Below are positions 49,301 to 57,840 of a stretch of 64,000 nt of DNA, in pieces; the stretch's first letter is position 1, and the number at the start of each line of letters is the position of its first letter. The notes under the pieces were generated by a model that saw only the letters and a list, made by a program, of their open reading frames with translations, did not search any database and had not been told where the DNA came from. This DNA is from Elusimicrobiota bacterium (GTDB lineage: Bacteria; Elusimicrobiota; Elusimicrobia; UBA1565; UBA9628), in contig JACRDP010000010.1 in NCBI GenBank assembly GCA_016212855.1, forward strand, positions 42,954-106,953, read 5' to 3'. Made by a program: the position numbers and the translations under genes.

Positions 49301-51664
49301 CTTCGCCCAGCTTTCCGGCGCGGTCAGGTCGAAGGACTCGCGGTGCATCGGGTAATGCGTGACCCGGTCCTTGCTGGCGAACCAGTTTCCCGGATTCCAG
49401 CCGCCGCCGCCGTAGGCGTCGACGTCCTTGGTGAAGGTCTCCTCGCGGACGTTGCGCTGCCCGCCGCCGAGGTACTCGAAGGCCACCGTCGCGGCCTTCA
49501 GCTGGGACTTGGGATCGTGCGCGTTCTCCATGGCCCAGTCTTTGTCGTAGCGCACCGGATGCTGGACCAGCAAAGCGACGCCGCCGGAGCGTCCCGGCTC
49601 CGCGGTGCGGTCGCCGAAGAACGCGGTCAGGACCGTGCGCTCGCCGTTGGCCTTCTGCAGCACCATCGTGATGGCCTTGCGCGCGCCGGGGGCGATGGTC
49701 ATGCGGATCGCGGGCTCGCCGTTGTACTCGGCCAAGCCGTCCATGACCGCGTTGTAGTTCAGGAAGTCGGCGAAGGCCGCGGCTTTGCGGCCGTCGGCGT
49801 CGGCCTCGCCGATCGCGGCCAGGACTTCCTTGGCCAGCGCCAGCGCCGCCGCCTTGCGCTTGTCGGCGTTGGTCGCCGGGGGAAGCCCCGTGAGGTCCAC
49901 GTCCCAGCTCACGACCTGGCCGTCCTTGAGGAGCTGCTTGACGTGAGCGGACGCCTTCTTCAGAGTGGTGCCGTCGTGATTGACCCGGAACTCCATCTCG
50001 AGGGTGCCGTCGGCGTTGACGTGGTCGACCTGCATCCGGTAAGGCGAATTGTTCGCGTCGAGGAACTTGACCTCGCGGTTGCCCTTGGTCAAAGTGGCTT
50101 CGAAGCGGGGGCCGTCGCCGCCCAGCTGACGGATGATGGCGTCGCCGGTTTTATCGTTGCCCCGCTCGTAGCGCTCGACCTTGCCCTTCAGGTCGTAGGT
50201 CGTCTGCTCGGAGATGTTGGTCGCGGGATCGTAGGTCTGGCGCGTGAGGCGATGACCCGCGCCGTCGAAATTCTCGATGACCTGCGCGAGGACCACCCGC
50301 TGGCCGTCGAAGTTCTGATGGATGATCTCCTTGGCGCCGTTGGCCTTGGTGGTGATGCGGATGATGGCCGACATGTCCGCGGTCGAGGCTTCATACACGG
50401 ACGACTTGTCGGCCTTTTCGAAACGCAGGCCGACGAAGTCCGTGCCCTCGTGCTTGAAGGCCACCACCTCGCCGCCGCGCGAGCCCGCTCCCTGCGGGTA
50501 GGTCTCCCACGGCGAGAAGCGCGTGCCGATGGGCGCCTTGCGCACGTTTTCGCGGAGGTAGGCGCGGTAGGTCCACAGCACCGCGGCGAACTCGGCGAGC
50601 TCGGGGTTGAACTTGCCGATCTTGTCGAGGCGCTCGGTGATGTCGTCGTCGGACGTGGGGAAGGGTGTGGTGATGCCGACCGAGCGGGCCGAGTCCGCCT
50701 CGACCTTGATCAGATGGGCGACGAGCGCGTCGATGGACTTGAAGCTGTCCGGGTCGCCGCGCATCGCCGAGACGGCGCCTCGCCCGCTTTCCCAGAGCTG
50801 GAGGAGGTTCGCGCCGCGCTCGGCGGCGAAGTCCGGCTCCCCGCCCGGCAGCCGCTTGCGGAATTCGTCCAGCGCGCGTCCGGCCGCGAAGGTCAGGCCC
50901 GCGTAGTCGACCTGCACGGGGATCGCGGCGGTGACGACGGCGGTGTTGTTCGCCCGTACGGGCGCGGGAGTGGGCCGGTCGAGGTCGCGGGCCTTGGCGG
51001 CGTTGGTGCCGGGGGCGCCCTTGGGCGTGTACGACCAGGTCGCGGCGACGGACTTGCGCACCTCACGGAAATCCACGGCGACGCCGCCGCGGCCGGCCGG
51101 AACGCCGTAGCGCTTGGTCAGGTTGTCGAAGATCGTCTGGGCCTGGGAAGGATCGGCCGCGGCTTTATCGAGGTCTCCCAAGAGCGCGTCGACCGCGAAA
51201 AGCGGATCCGCCGCCGCCGTGGTCGCGGGCGCGTTTCCGGCCGCGACGACCGCCTTGCGCACCGCCGGGGTGAAGGCCGCGCCGCCGCCGGTCAGGCGCA
51301 GGCTTCGCGTGATGACGCTCGAGGTCCGGACCAGACGCTCATCGAGAATCTTGCGGTCCGAAGCCGGCATCTGGAGCGAGGCCAAACGGGACTTGAGCTC
51401 CTGGCGGCGGGCGTCGAGCGCGGCGAACGTCGAGGGCTGTTCGCCCTTGAGATGCTTGAGCAGCGCCGTCTCGAGGCCGGCCAGCTCGGCGGCCATGCGC
51501 AGGCCTTCGGGGCTCGTCGGCGCGCCGCCGATGGCCGAGGCCGTCTGGGGGACGGCGGGGACCGCGACGGCGGCGGTGCCTTCGCCGGCGCGGGCCGACA
51601 GGGAGGCGGCGAGCGCGAACGCGCACGCGGCGAGGAGGGGTACTCGGCGGCTCTGGGTCCTCAT
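46343..51664 (-). CDS. giant (1773 aa) secreted, C-terminally anchored surface protein with tandem KPxEA repeats and poly-Gly tracts
   Basis: Signal peptide MRTQSRRVPLLAACAFALAASLSARA. About 20 tandem (K/E)P(V/L)EA pentapeptides. G-rich low complexity. C-terminal TM plus RRRRKR tail. Confidence 0.65.
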   Translation of the reverse strand: MRTQSRRVPLLAACAFALAASLSARAGEGTAAVAVPAVPQTASAIGGAPTSPEGLRMAAELAGLETALLKHLKGEQPSTFAALDARRQELKSRLASLQMPASDRKILDERLVRTSSVITRSLRLTGGGAAFTPAVRKAVVAAGNAPATTAAADPLFAVDALLGDLDKAAADPSQAQTIFDNLTKRYGVPAGRGGVAVDFREVRKSVAATWSYTPKGAPGTNAAKARDLDRPTPAPVRANNTAVVTAAIPVQVDYAGLTFAAGRALDEFRKRLPGGEPDFAAERGANLLQLWESGRGAVSAMRGDPDSFKSIDALVAHLIKVEADSARSVGITTPFPTSDDDITERLDKIGKFNPELAEFAAVLWTYRAYLRENVRKAPIGTRFSPWETYPQGAGSRGGEVVAFKHEGTDFVGLRFEKADKSSVYEASTADMSAIIRITTKANGAKEIIHQNFDGQRVVLAQVIENFDGAGHRLTRQTYDPATNISEQTTYDLKGKVERYERGNDKTGDAIIRQLGGDGPRFEATLTKGNREVKFLDANNSPYRMQVDHVNADGTLEMEFRVNHDGTTLKKASAHVKQLLKDGQVVSWDVDLTGLPPATNADKRKAAALALAKEVLAAIGEADADGRKAAAFADFLNYNAVMDGLAEYNGEPAIRMTIAPGARKAITMVLQKANGERTVLTAFFGDRTAEPGRSGGVALLVQHPVRYDKDWAMENAHDPKSQLKAATVAFEYLGGGQRNVREETFTKDVDAYGGGGWNPGNWFASKDRVTHYPMHRESFDLTAPESWAKQNSWEKPTTSKSIPGSAPALWLAQKIVDVPVLKQVLDASNYVSNFVYTGIVNVVESNVSGDQALLNNIATKSRNPAWCYSIAGTKPDGEKEPEKFEEWARKFLKLLTPGARKLLDKRALELRPEHLEAMGVTAELTPLYYEQAMKMPPTDLEAYFTLAEFGAGTYGKQLSRNGHAVAGFFASAGEAVGQMLTNPLTWAMPYAFSALGKFAANIGAKGAALTKAGSTGLGRTVTLAGKGVSVIRGLAITSVVAPFVLATGAHVNDAIQHAGTPEGTDALGNAVVDLSMLFFGAKSMGKEMPGYKFGKSLIDRFRAPKAEPVAKATPGGGAAVAAKPPVQLELDFGAKNPGQANVNGAGAQGPVTPAVGKGAPAVVEGAGGGGGVAKGEGTVAGVEAPAGAKGPWWKRAGEGLEKLKNEWIKDAKGGGIERPELKTGDVKANTKVESNGPAAETAGSELASATKPLEAKPLEAKPLEVNPLEGKPVEAKPLDGKPVEAKPVEAKVADAKPVEAKPVEAKPVEGKPVEAKPGEKPVEAKPIEAKVVEAKPGETEIVEAKVEGAKPGEQLEFEFMKGEEVRKVKLIEEPVKVKGKGELDLKAGERVREKVKEKVEVEPKLKESIWRKALRRIGEGGYMSLAARVIPPPPVVIPRRRAVPFNTDIEVPAERTPDPADDTVAETKPDPIPEQKIEPQPEPELKLEPQPEPPPPGPVGNGGPGSGGNGGSVAGGGGGGGEGGGGKGPKAPNFRGFGDAGGGGGGGGGGGGGGADGGGGGAGGDGAPGGGGGAPKSGPVVSPAVPEGLAGGGPVIPVNRGARAIPNQTTVGGGHDPVPSLASRFDGSRDRKDQGTGWSPVPMKGLGAGDSPGLPRLAARTPVLTAPSADDKVPPVARVAGGAVNPARPVAPGVKPEEEDFSYTYMPPARHKYELPEDRPAEGKDWRDLLSLTLRGAAAVSIGYLVYHSELPYLVGMTRRRRKRDGSDDDSSVA
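47628..47925. repeat. tandem 15-bp repeats (about 20 copies, degenerate) inside the giant CDS
   Basis: Units like GGCTTCGACCGGCTT / GGCTTCCACCGGCTT encode the KPxEA repeats on the minus strand. Confidence 0.6.
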
Positions 51665-51842
51665 GGCACTCAGCGTACTCCTGAAAGGCCCATCGCGTCA
51701 GGGGCCCTGGGCCTATCAGAGCCTAGGCCTTTGGGCCTAGACCGCGATAGTATAGCCGCGCTACCCGCCCCGTCAAGGTCCCTTTTCAACAAAATCGGAA
51801 GGGACATTTCCTCGCCTTACGGCTCGGTCAGCCTCCTTCCTG

Positions 51843-52748
51843 CTAAGAGGGTTTAAGGGTGGCCAGGCGCTCCTCGAAACGGGCCTGGGCCTTCGATGCG
51901 GGACCCTCGTCCTTGAGCAGGTGGTACTTGCTCGCCTTGGGGGCCAGGATGACGAGGAACTTGGCGGGCACGCCCGCGCGCCGGTACGCGGCGACCTTAT
52001 GATGGCCGTCGAGCAGGAAGCCGGCCATGAAGGAGTGCAGATTCTTGATCTGACCTTTTTTGACCGCTTCGGGAATGCCGCGCTGGTACATGCCCAGCAT
52101 GAGCACGCGCGGGCGGTCTCCGTTCTGGATCATCTGCTGATAGATCTTGATGTACTCTTCTTTCAGCGCCGCGCGGGGCACCAGAGGAATCGCGAAGTCG
52201 TACTGCTTCTCCATCACGCCCGACTCGGGGTGGCGGAACACGCGCGGGCGCTGGCCCTCATAGTGCTCCCAGCCGGACAGCAGGCCCTCTTCCTTGGGGT
52301 CTTCGATGTCCCAGAGCTCCATGAACTCGCTCTGGAAGAAATAGGACGCCTCGTCGTCGGAGTCGTACGGACCGGAGAGATTCATCGAGGTCTCGAACAC
52401 GAGGTACTCGCCCTTTTCCATGAGTTCGAGGAGGGGGGCGAGTTCCTGGACAAGGGACTCGTCGACCGGGCGCGGAAGCTGGATGGTCTTGGGCAGATTG
52501 GCGATCTTCTTGTTCGTGGGCAGGTGCGGATCCTGCAGCATCTTGAACCAGAAGTGGCAGGTGTTGCAGTCGTTGCCGACCTCGAACTTGCGGGCGCCGT
52601 TGACCTCGAGGTAAAGTGAGTTCGACTCGCCGTGACGCTTCTCGATGGCGATCTTGAAGAAGCCCTTCCCGTTGGGCACCTTCACCTTCACGACGCCTTC
52701 GGCGACGGTGGCGACTTCCAGCTTGGGCACCTTGGTTTCAGAGCTCAT
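51843..52748 (-). CDS. hypothetical protein
   Basis: Start MSSETKVPKLEV is preferred over the upstream Met. TACAAT 6 nt upstream of this ATG. Confidence 0.45.
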   Translation of the reverse strand: MSSETKVPKLEVATVAEGVVKVKVPNGKGFFKIAIEKRHGESNSLYLEVNGARKFEVGNDCNTCHFWFKMLQDPHLPTNKKIANLPKTIQLPRPVDESLVQELAPLLELMEKGEYLVFETSMNLSGPYDSDDEASYFFQSEFMELWDIEDPKEEGLLSGWEHYEGQRPRVFRHPESGVMEKQYDFAIPLVPRAALKEEYIKIYQQMIQNGDRPRVLMLGMYQRGIPEAVKKGQIKNLHSFMAGFLLDGHHKVAAYRRAGVPAKFLVILAPKASKYHLLKDEGPASKAQARFEERLATLKPS

Positions 52749-52895
52749 GGTTTGATTGTAGCTGATCACGCGCCGCTCGTCCAGGGATCGTCGCGGCCGT
52801 CCCGCGAGGGAGTCTTGACGTCCGAGGGCGTTGTGTTTCCAGCAATCCAGCAATAAGGCCGTAACAGCCCTCCACTATATTAGGAGGGCATGTCC

Positions 52896-55349
52896 ATGGA
52901 TGAATGGGACGACCGCGCCCTGCGCGAGATCAACAGCCTCGACGCCGCCCGTTTGGCGATCCGCGGCGCGTTGGCCACCATCCGCGACCTGCAGGACCAG
53001 AACGCCGCGCTGAAGGGGCAGGCGTCGGACGAAAGCGCCAAGCGCAAGCTTCTCGAGAGCCGGATTTCAGAGATGGACGCGCGTCTGGCGCAATGGCAGG
53101 AGCAGGCCGCGAAATGGGAGAAGGACAGCGCGGCGCGCGAAGCGCACCTGGCGCGCTGGAAGACCGAGGCGCGCGCGGAGGTGCGCGCCGAGGAGCGCGC
53201 GCGCGTCGACGCCGACCGCGTGCGCACCGAGGAGACCCTGGCCCGCCTGCGCGCCGATCTCGCCGCGATGGGCAAGGCCCACCAAAGCCGCGAGGGCGCT
53301 TGGCTCGAGCTCAAGCGCGGCCTCGAGGCGCGCGACGCCGAGATCGCCTCCCTGCGCGCCGATAAGCTCGACATCGTCGCCAAGGTCAAGCGCGACGCCG
53401 AGCAGCTCGAGATCCTGCGCGAGGCGCGCGACCGCGAGATGGGCCAGGCCGCGCACCTGCGCGAGCTCGAGATCGCCGACAATGACCGCGAGATCGCGGC
53501 GCTCAAGGCCGAGCTCGAGGAAAACAAGATGGCCCTGGCCGCCGTGGCCCAGGACCGGGAGCTCTCGCTCAAGGCGCGCGAGGAGGAGATGGTCAAGGCC
53601 TTCGCGCTCAAGGAGGCCGATCTCGTCCGCCGCTATCAGGCGCGCGAGGCCGAACTCCAGGCGCGCTGGTCCGAGCTCGAGACCGGTCTGTGGGCCAAGA
53701 CCAAGGAATCGCGCGCCAAGCTCGACGCGTCCGTGCAGCAGCAGTTCGAGGAGCGCGCGCGCCAGATCGCCGATCGCGCGAAAGAAGTCGAGGACCTGCT
53801 CGCCCGCCGCTCGCGCGAGCTGGCCGACGACCACGAGAAGCGCTGCGCCGAGGCCGAGGCGCATTACGCGGCCGACGAGCGCCGGCTGCACGCGTCCTGG
53901 GCCGAGAAGGAACAGCGCCTGCTCGCCCGCATCGAGGCGGAGCAGACGCAGGAGCACCTGACCCTCCAGGCCGCCTGGGCCGACCGCCACAAGATTCTCG
54001 AGGCCGAGCACGCCGAGCGCCTGCGCCAGGTCCAGGCCAAGATCGAGGAGCTCGAAGCGCAGGGCCGCCGCGACCACGCCCGCATGCTGGAAGAAGCCGC
54101 GGTCAAGGACGCCGAGCGCGTCCGCCAGCAGGACGACTTCGTCGCGCGCAAGGGAGCGGAGCTCGACAAGGAGCGCGCCGAGCGCCTCACCGAGCTGGCC
54201 CAGCGCGCTCGCGATCTTGAGGACGAAGCCAAGCGCCGCGAGGAGACCCGCCAGAACGCCTACCTTTCGCGCACGGCCGCGCTCGAAGCGGAGCATGAAC
54301 TGCGCCGCGGCCGCCTGCTCGAGGAGCACCGCAAGACCGTCGAGGCGGAGAAGTTCTCTCTGTCCGAGCAGTACGACCAGCGCCAGCGCGCGCTCGACGA
54401 GGCGCACCGGGCGAAAATCGCCGAGACCGAGCGGGCCGCCCGCGCGCTCGCCGAACAGCACCAGGCCTGGAAGGAGTCCCTGCGCGAGGAGTTCCTGCGC
54501 AAGGAGAAGGACCTCGACTCGCGCTGGGCCGTGCGCGAGGCCGAGTTCGTGGCGCGTTACGAGACCGCGCTGGAAGACCAGCGCAGGACGTTTACCGGAG
54601 AGGCGATCGAGGGCCGCTCGCGCCTCGAGGCGCAGCGGCGCAAGATCGAGGACGAGTCGCTCACTCGCGAGAAGCGGCAGCACGTCGAAACCCAGCGCCG
54701 CGAAGCCGAGGCGCTACTCAAGCACTCGCAGGAATTGTCCGCGCGCCAAGCCGCCCACGACGCACGGCTCGCCGAACTGCGCCTCGCGCACGACGAGAAT
54801 CTGCGCATGGTCCGCGAGCGGGCCTTCGAGGACCTCGCGCGCGAGCGCGCCGGGCTGCAGAAGGACCTGGCCGGCCTGCAGGAGCGCCTCGCCGCCGCGC
54901 AGGCCGAGAGCGACCGCGGGCGCCTGGCCGACGCGACGCACGCGAAGTCGCTCGAGACGCGCGTCGCCGCGCTCGAATCGGAGCGCCGGGCTCTCGATCA
55001 GCAACTGGCCTCGCTGAATAGAGAGTGCGAGGCGCTGCGCGCCGCCGTCGCCGAGCGCGACCGCCTGCGCGACGTCGAGCGCGCGCGCCTGGCCGAGGAG
55101 GCGAAGCTCGGCGCCGCGGCCGAATTCGCGCGCATCCTCAATGAAACGGAGCGCGACCGCGCCCAGGGGCTCGAGGCGCGTCGTGTCGAGCTCGAGAAGA
55201 CCCTATTCTCGCGCCGCCGCGCGCTCGAGGAGGCGCTCGCCGAGCGCGGCCGCGCCCTCGACATCAAAGAGCAGCGCATCGAGGAAGAGCGAGCGCGGCT
55301 CGATGAAGCGAGGGCGCAGGGCTCCCCGCCCGATAAGCCCTCCGCCTGA
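52896..55349 (+). CDS. large coiled-coil protein (A/E/R/L-rich, about 818 aa)
   Basis: GGAGG 8 nt upstream of the second ATG (MDEWDD). The sequence is almost entirely heptad-like charged repeats (AREAEL..., ELEA...). No enzymatic motif. Confidence 0.6.
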   Translation: MDEWDDRALREINSLDAARLAIRGALATIRDLQDQNAALKGQASDESAKRKLLESRISEMDARLAQWQEQAAKWEKDSAAREAHLARWKTEARAEVRAEERARVDADRVRTEETLARLRADLAAMGKAHQSREGAWLELKRGLEARDAEIASLRADKLDIVAKVKRDAEQLEILREARDREMGQAAHLRELEIADNDREIAALKAELEENKMALAAVAQDRELSLKAREEEMVKAFALKEADLVRRYQAREAELQARWSELETGLWAKTKESRAKLDASVQQQFEERARQIADRAKEVEDLLARRSRELADDHEKRCAEAEAHYAADERRLHASWAEKEQRLLARIEAEQTQEHLTLQAAWADRHKILEAEHAERLRQVQAKIEELEAQGRRDHARMLEEAAVKDAERVRQQDDFVARKGAELDKERAERLTELAQRARDLEDEAKRREETRQNAYLSRTAALEAEHELRRGRLLEEHRKTVEAEKFSLSEQYDQRQRALDEAHRAKIAETERAARALAEQHQAWKESLREEFLRKEKDLDSRWAVREAEFVARYETALEDQRRTFTGEAIEGRSRLEAQRRKIEDESLTREKRQHVETQRREAEALLKHSQELSARQAAHDARLAELRLAHDENLRMVRERAFEDLARERAGLQKDLAGLQERLAAAQAESDRGRLADATHAKSLETRVAALESERRALDQQLASLNRECEALRAAVAERDRLRDVERARLAEEAKLGAAAEFARILNETERDRAQGLEARRVELEKTLFSRRRALEEALAERGRALDIKEQRIEEERARLDEARAQGSPPDKPSA

Positions 55350-55550
55350 CGCGAGTTATCCCCAACACTTTCAGCGTTGGGAAACGCTGGGGAGAACGCC
55401 CGTGAACTTGGAAAGAGACCTCCATGTTCCCGGATTTTTTTGCCAGGTCTGAATATCTCGCCAGCTCTGACGACGTCACATGAAGAATATCCGGCGTCTC
55501 GTGCCCGCAAAATCCCGCGTTTTTTAAAAAAATATCCTTAATCTGCAAGG

Positions 55551-55582
55551 CTTATTCACTGTCGGCGCCGACAGTGAATAAG
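55551..55582. promoter_or_regulatory. perfect 32-bp palindrome (candidate operator) in AT-rich 400-bp intergenic region
   Basis: CTTATTCACTGTCGGC|GCCGACAGTGAATAAG with CTGT-N8-ACAG core. Flanked by the imperfect inverted repeats AAAATCCCGCGTTTT / AAACGCGGGGTTTTA. Confidence 0.5.
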
Positions 55583-55888
55583 GATTAATTTCCCAGCATT
55601 ATTTTTCAATAAACGCGGGGTTTTACGCGAGTACAACTTCGTCGAAGCGGAGGAAATTGGAACGGACATGCTCCATGTCTCTGTGGATCATCCGTCAAAT
55701 TCCAGAACAACTATCCTGCGGATAGCGCCGTCTCGGCGCAAGCAGAACTCGCACCGGTGCGAGTTTTGAAAAGTCCGGGGACCTGGAGGGAAAGAGACCT
55801 CTTGACGGATGAAGACGAGGGGGCTATACTGCGCCCGTCGGCAGGAATGCCGATCACACCGAGACGAACTTTGAGAGGACTCGACACC

Positions 55889-56164
55889 ATGGGACGAGAT
55901 AACGACGGATTGGGCGGAGCTTTGCTGTTCGTGACCGGCGCCGCGGTCGGCGCCGCTTTGGGAGTCTTGTTCGCGCCCCGCGCCGGCAGCGAGACGCGTG
56001 AGAATCTGGCGGACTGGCTCAAGGAGCGGCGCGCGAAGGGCGAAGACCTCCTGCACACCGTGAAGGACGAGTCGGTCGTCAAGAAAGAAGCGATCATCGC
56101 CGCCGCGAAGGCCGCCAAGCAGGCGTACGCCGAAACGAACTCGAAGCACCACGACCACGCTTAG
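55889..56164 (+). CDS. YtxH-like (DUF948) small membrane-associated protein
   Basis: GGALLFVTGAAVGAALGVLFAPRAGSETRENL motif of the YtxH family. Start at MGRDNDG is preferred over the upstream alternative start. Confidence 0.55.
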   Translation: MGRDNDGLGGALLFVTGAAVGAALGVLFAPRAGSETRENLADWLKERRAKGEDLLHTVKDESVVKKEAIIAAAKAAKQAYAETNSKHHDHA

Positions 56165-56190
56165 CTAACTGGCCGCGCGCTCCGTGGGTT

Positions 56191-56224
56191 GAAGGGCTCC
56201 TCGCAAGGGGAGCCCTTCTTATTG
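56191..56224. terminator. bidirectional intrinsic terminator between the ytxH-like and SDR genes
   Basis: GAAGGGCTCC-TCGCAAGG-GGAGCCCTTC followed by TTATTGG. Confidence 0.5.
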
Positions 56225-56236
56225 GTGTCAGGCCGA

Positions 56237-57064
56237 CTATTTGGGCCGGGCCTTTCTGACTACGCCGGCCTTCTCGACGAAGCGCAGATAGGGGAGGCCG
56301 CCGACGGAGGTGCCGGCGTCCACGACGAGGGTTTCGCCGGCGACGTACTTGGTGTCGGGCGCGCACAGGAAGAGCACGGCGTTGGCCACGTCCTCCTCCG
56401 TTCCGAACTTGCCGTTGGGCACGCTTTCGAGCAAGGCGTCACTCATCCACTTCTCGGGCCACAGGCGCTCGCGGCTCTGCGCCGTGTCGATCAGCCCCGG
56501 GCACACCGCGTTGACGCGCACGCCGCGGCCGATCCACTCGACGCCGAGCGTCTTCGTCATCGCCTGCACGCCCGCCTTCGCGGCGGCGGAGGGGAGGAAA
56601 CCGGGCGCGCCGGTCCAGGCGTAGGTGGCGAGCAGGCTGATGATCGTGCCCTCGCCGCGCGGCAGCATGCGCCGGCCCGCCTCGATCGCGCAGTTGAAGC
56701 TGCCGTGCAGGACGATGTCGACGACCTTGCGAAAGCGCACCGAGGTGAGCATCTCGCTCGGCCGCACGAAGTTCGCGGCGGCGCCGTTGATGAGAATGGA
56801 CACGGGGCCGAGTTCGGCCTCGACCTTGTCGAACAGAGCGGAGACGGCCTTGGCGTCGGACACGTCGGTCGCGACGCCGATCGCCTTTCGGCCCGTCGCC
56901 TGTCTGATCTCGGCGGCCGCGGCTTCGAGGCGCTCGCCGTCGCGCGCGGCGAGGGCCACGTCGGCGCCGTGCCGCGCGAAGGCCAGAGCGAGGGCCTTGC
57001 CGATCCCAGTCCCGCCGCCGGTCACGAGGGCGACCTTCCCTTTCAACAGATTCTTTTCATACAT
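56237..57064 (-). CDS. SDR family oxidoreductase (2,4-dienoyl-CoA reductase-like)
   Basis: TGGGTGIGKA Rossmann motif. Catalytic S...YxxxK region. Confidence 0.8.
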   Translation of the reverse strand: MYEKNLLKGKVALVTGGGTGIGKALALAFARHGADVALAARDGERLEAAAAEIRQATGRKAIGVATDVSDAKAVSALFDKVEAELGPVSILINGAAANFVRPSEMLTSVRFRKVVDIVLHGSFNCAIEAGRRMLPRGEGTIISLLATYAWTGAPGFLPSAAAKAGVQAMTKTLGVEWIGRGVRVNAVCPGLIDTAQSRERLWPEKWMSDALLESVPNGKFGTEEDVANAVLFLCAPDTKYVAGETLVVDAGTSVGGLPYLRFVEKAGVVRKARPK

Positions 57065-57067
57065 CCC

Positions 57068-57840
57068 CTACTCCTCCCAGCGGGGGCGGCGCTTGTCGCG
57101 CATCGCCGCCATGCCCTCTTTGGCTTCAGGGCCGGCGATAAGGATATTGAATTCGGAGAGGGAACGGCTCCACAGTTCTTCGGAGAGGAACTCGTGGTTC
57201 AGACCCTTCTTCAAGGCGGCGAACGCCGCGGGGGCGGATTTAGAGAGCTTCTTGGCCAAGGCCAACGCGCGTTCGAAGACCTGGGCCTCGGGGGCGAGCT
57301 CGTCGACGAGCCCCGCGGCGAGCGCCTCCGGGGCGCGCAAGGTCTTGCCGCGCAGGACCATCTCTTTGACGACGCGCGGATCGTTCGACAGGGCCGACAG
57401 CCTCGTCACGAGCGCGGGCGAGGGGGACAGCCCGAGGCGGATTTCGGACAGGGCCGCCTTGCCGGACTCCTCGGCCATCACGCGCCAGTCGCAGCCCATC
57501 GCGATGATCCAGCCGCCGAGGATGGCCGCGCCGCTGAGCGCGCCCACGACCGGCTTCGGGCAGGCGAGCAACTCGCGGTAGAGGGTCAGCAGGGCCGTGA
57601 AGGCCTCGGGATGGCGCGCGTCGGGAAGGGACATGATCTGCTGGATGTCAAGGCCGCTCGAAAAATACTTCGGCACGCCCGAGGCGAGCACGAGCGCGCG
57701 GACCTTGCCGTCGGCGGACGCGCGGGCGACCTCGGAGCGCAGTCCGGCGAGCGCCTCCAGCGAGAGCGTGTTGCCGGGCGGGCGAGTCAAGGTCACCACG
57801 CGGACCCCGCCCTCGTCGCGCGCGGCGATCACTTGCCCCT
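57068..57840 (-). CDS. enoyl-CoA hydratase/isomerase family protein
   Basis: Crotonase fold (ALSGAAILGGWIIAMGCDWRV). GTG start preceded by GGAGGGG. Upstream part of the called 410-aa ORF is rejected. Confidence 0.7.

Noticed and set aside
46823-51856. 1677-aa plus-strand ORF
   Set aside because: Mirror frame of the giant minus-strand gene. R/G/D/A-rich, no signal peptide and no repeats of protein character.
53067-54683. 538-aa minus-strand ORF inside the coiled-coil gene
   Set aside because: The plus-strand frame yields a coherent heptad-repeat coiled coil with SD support. The minus frame is L/A/R-rich antisense.
55264-55548. 94-aa minus-strand ORF starting next to the 32-bp palindrome
   Set aside because: Most of it overlaps the 3' end of the coiled-coil gene in antisense. 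No RBS and a non-descript sequence. Listed only as a possibility.
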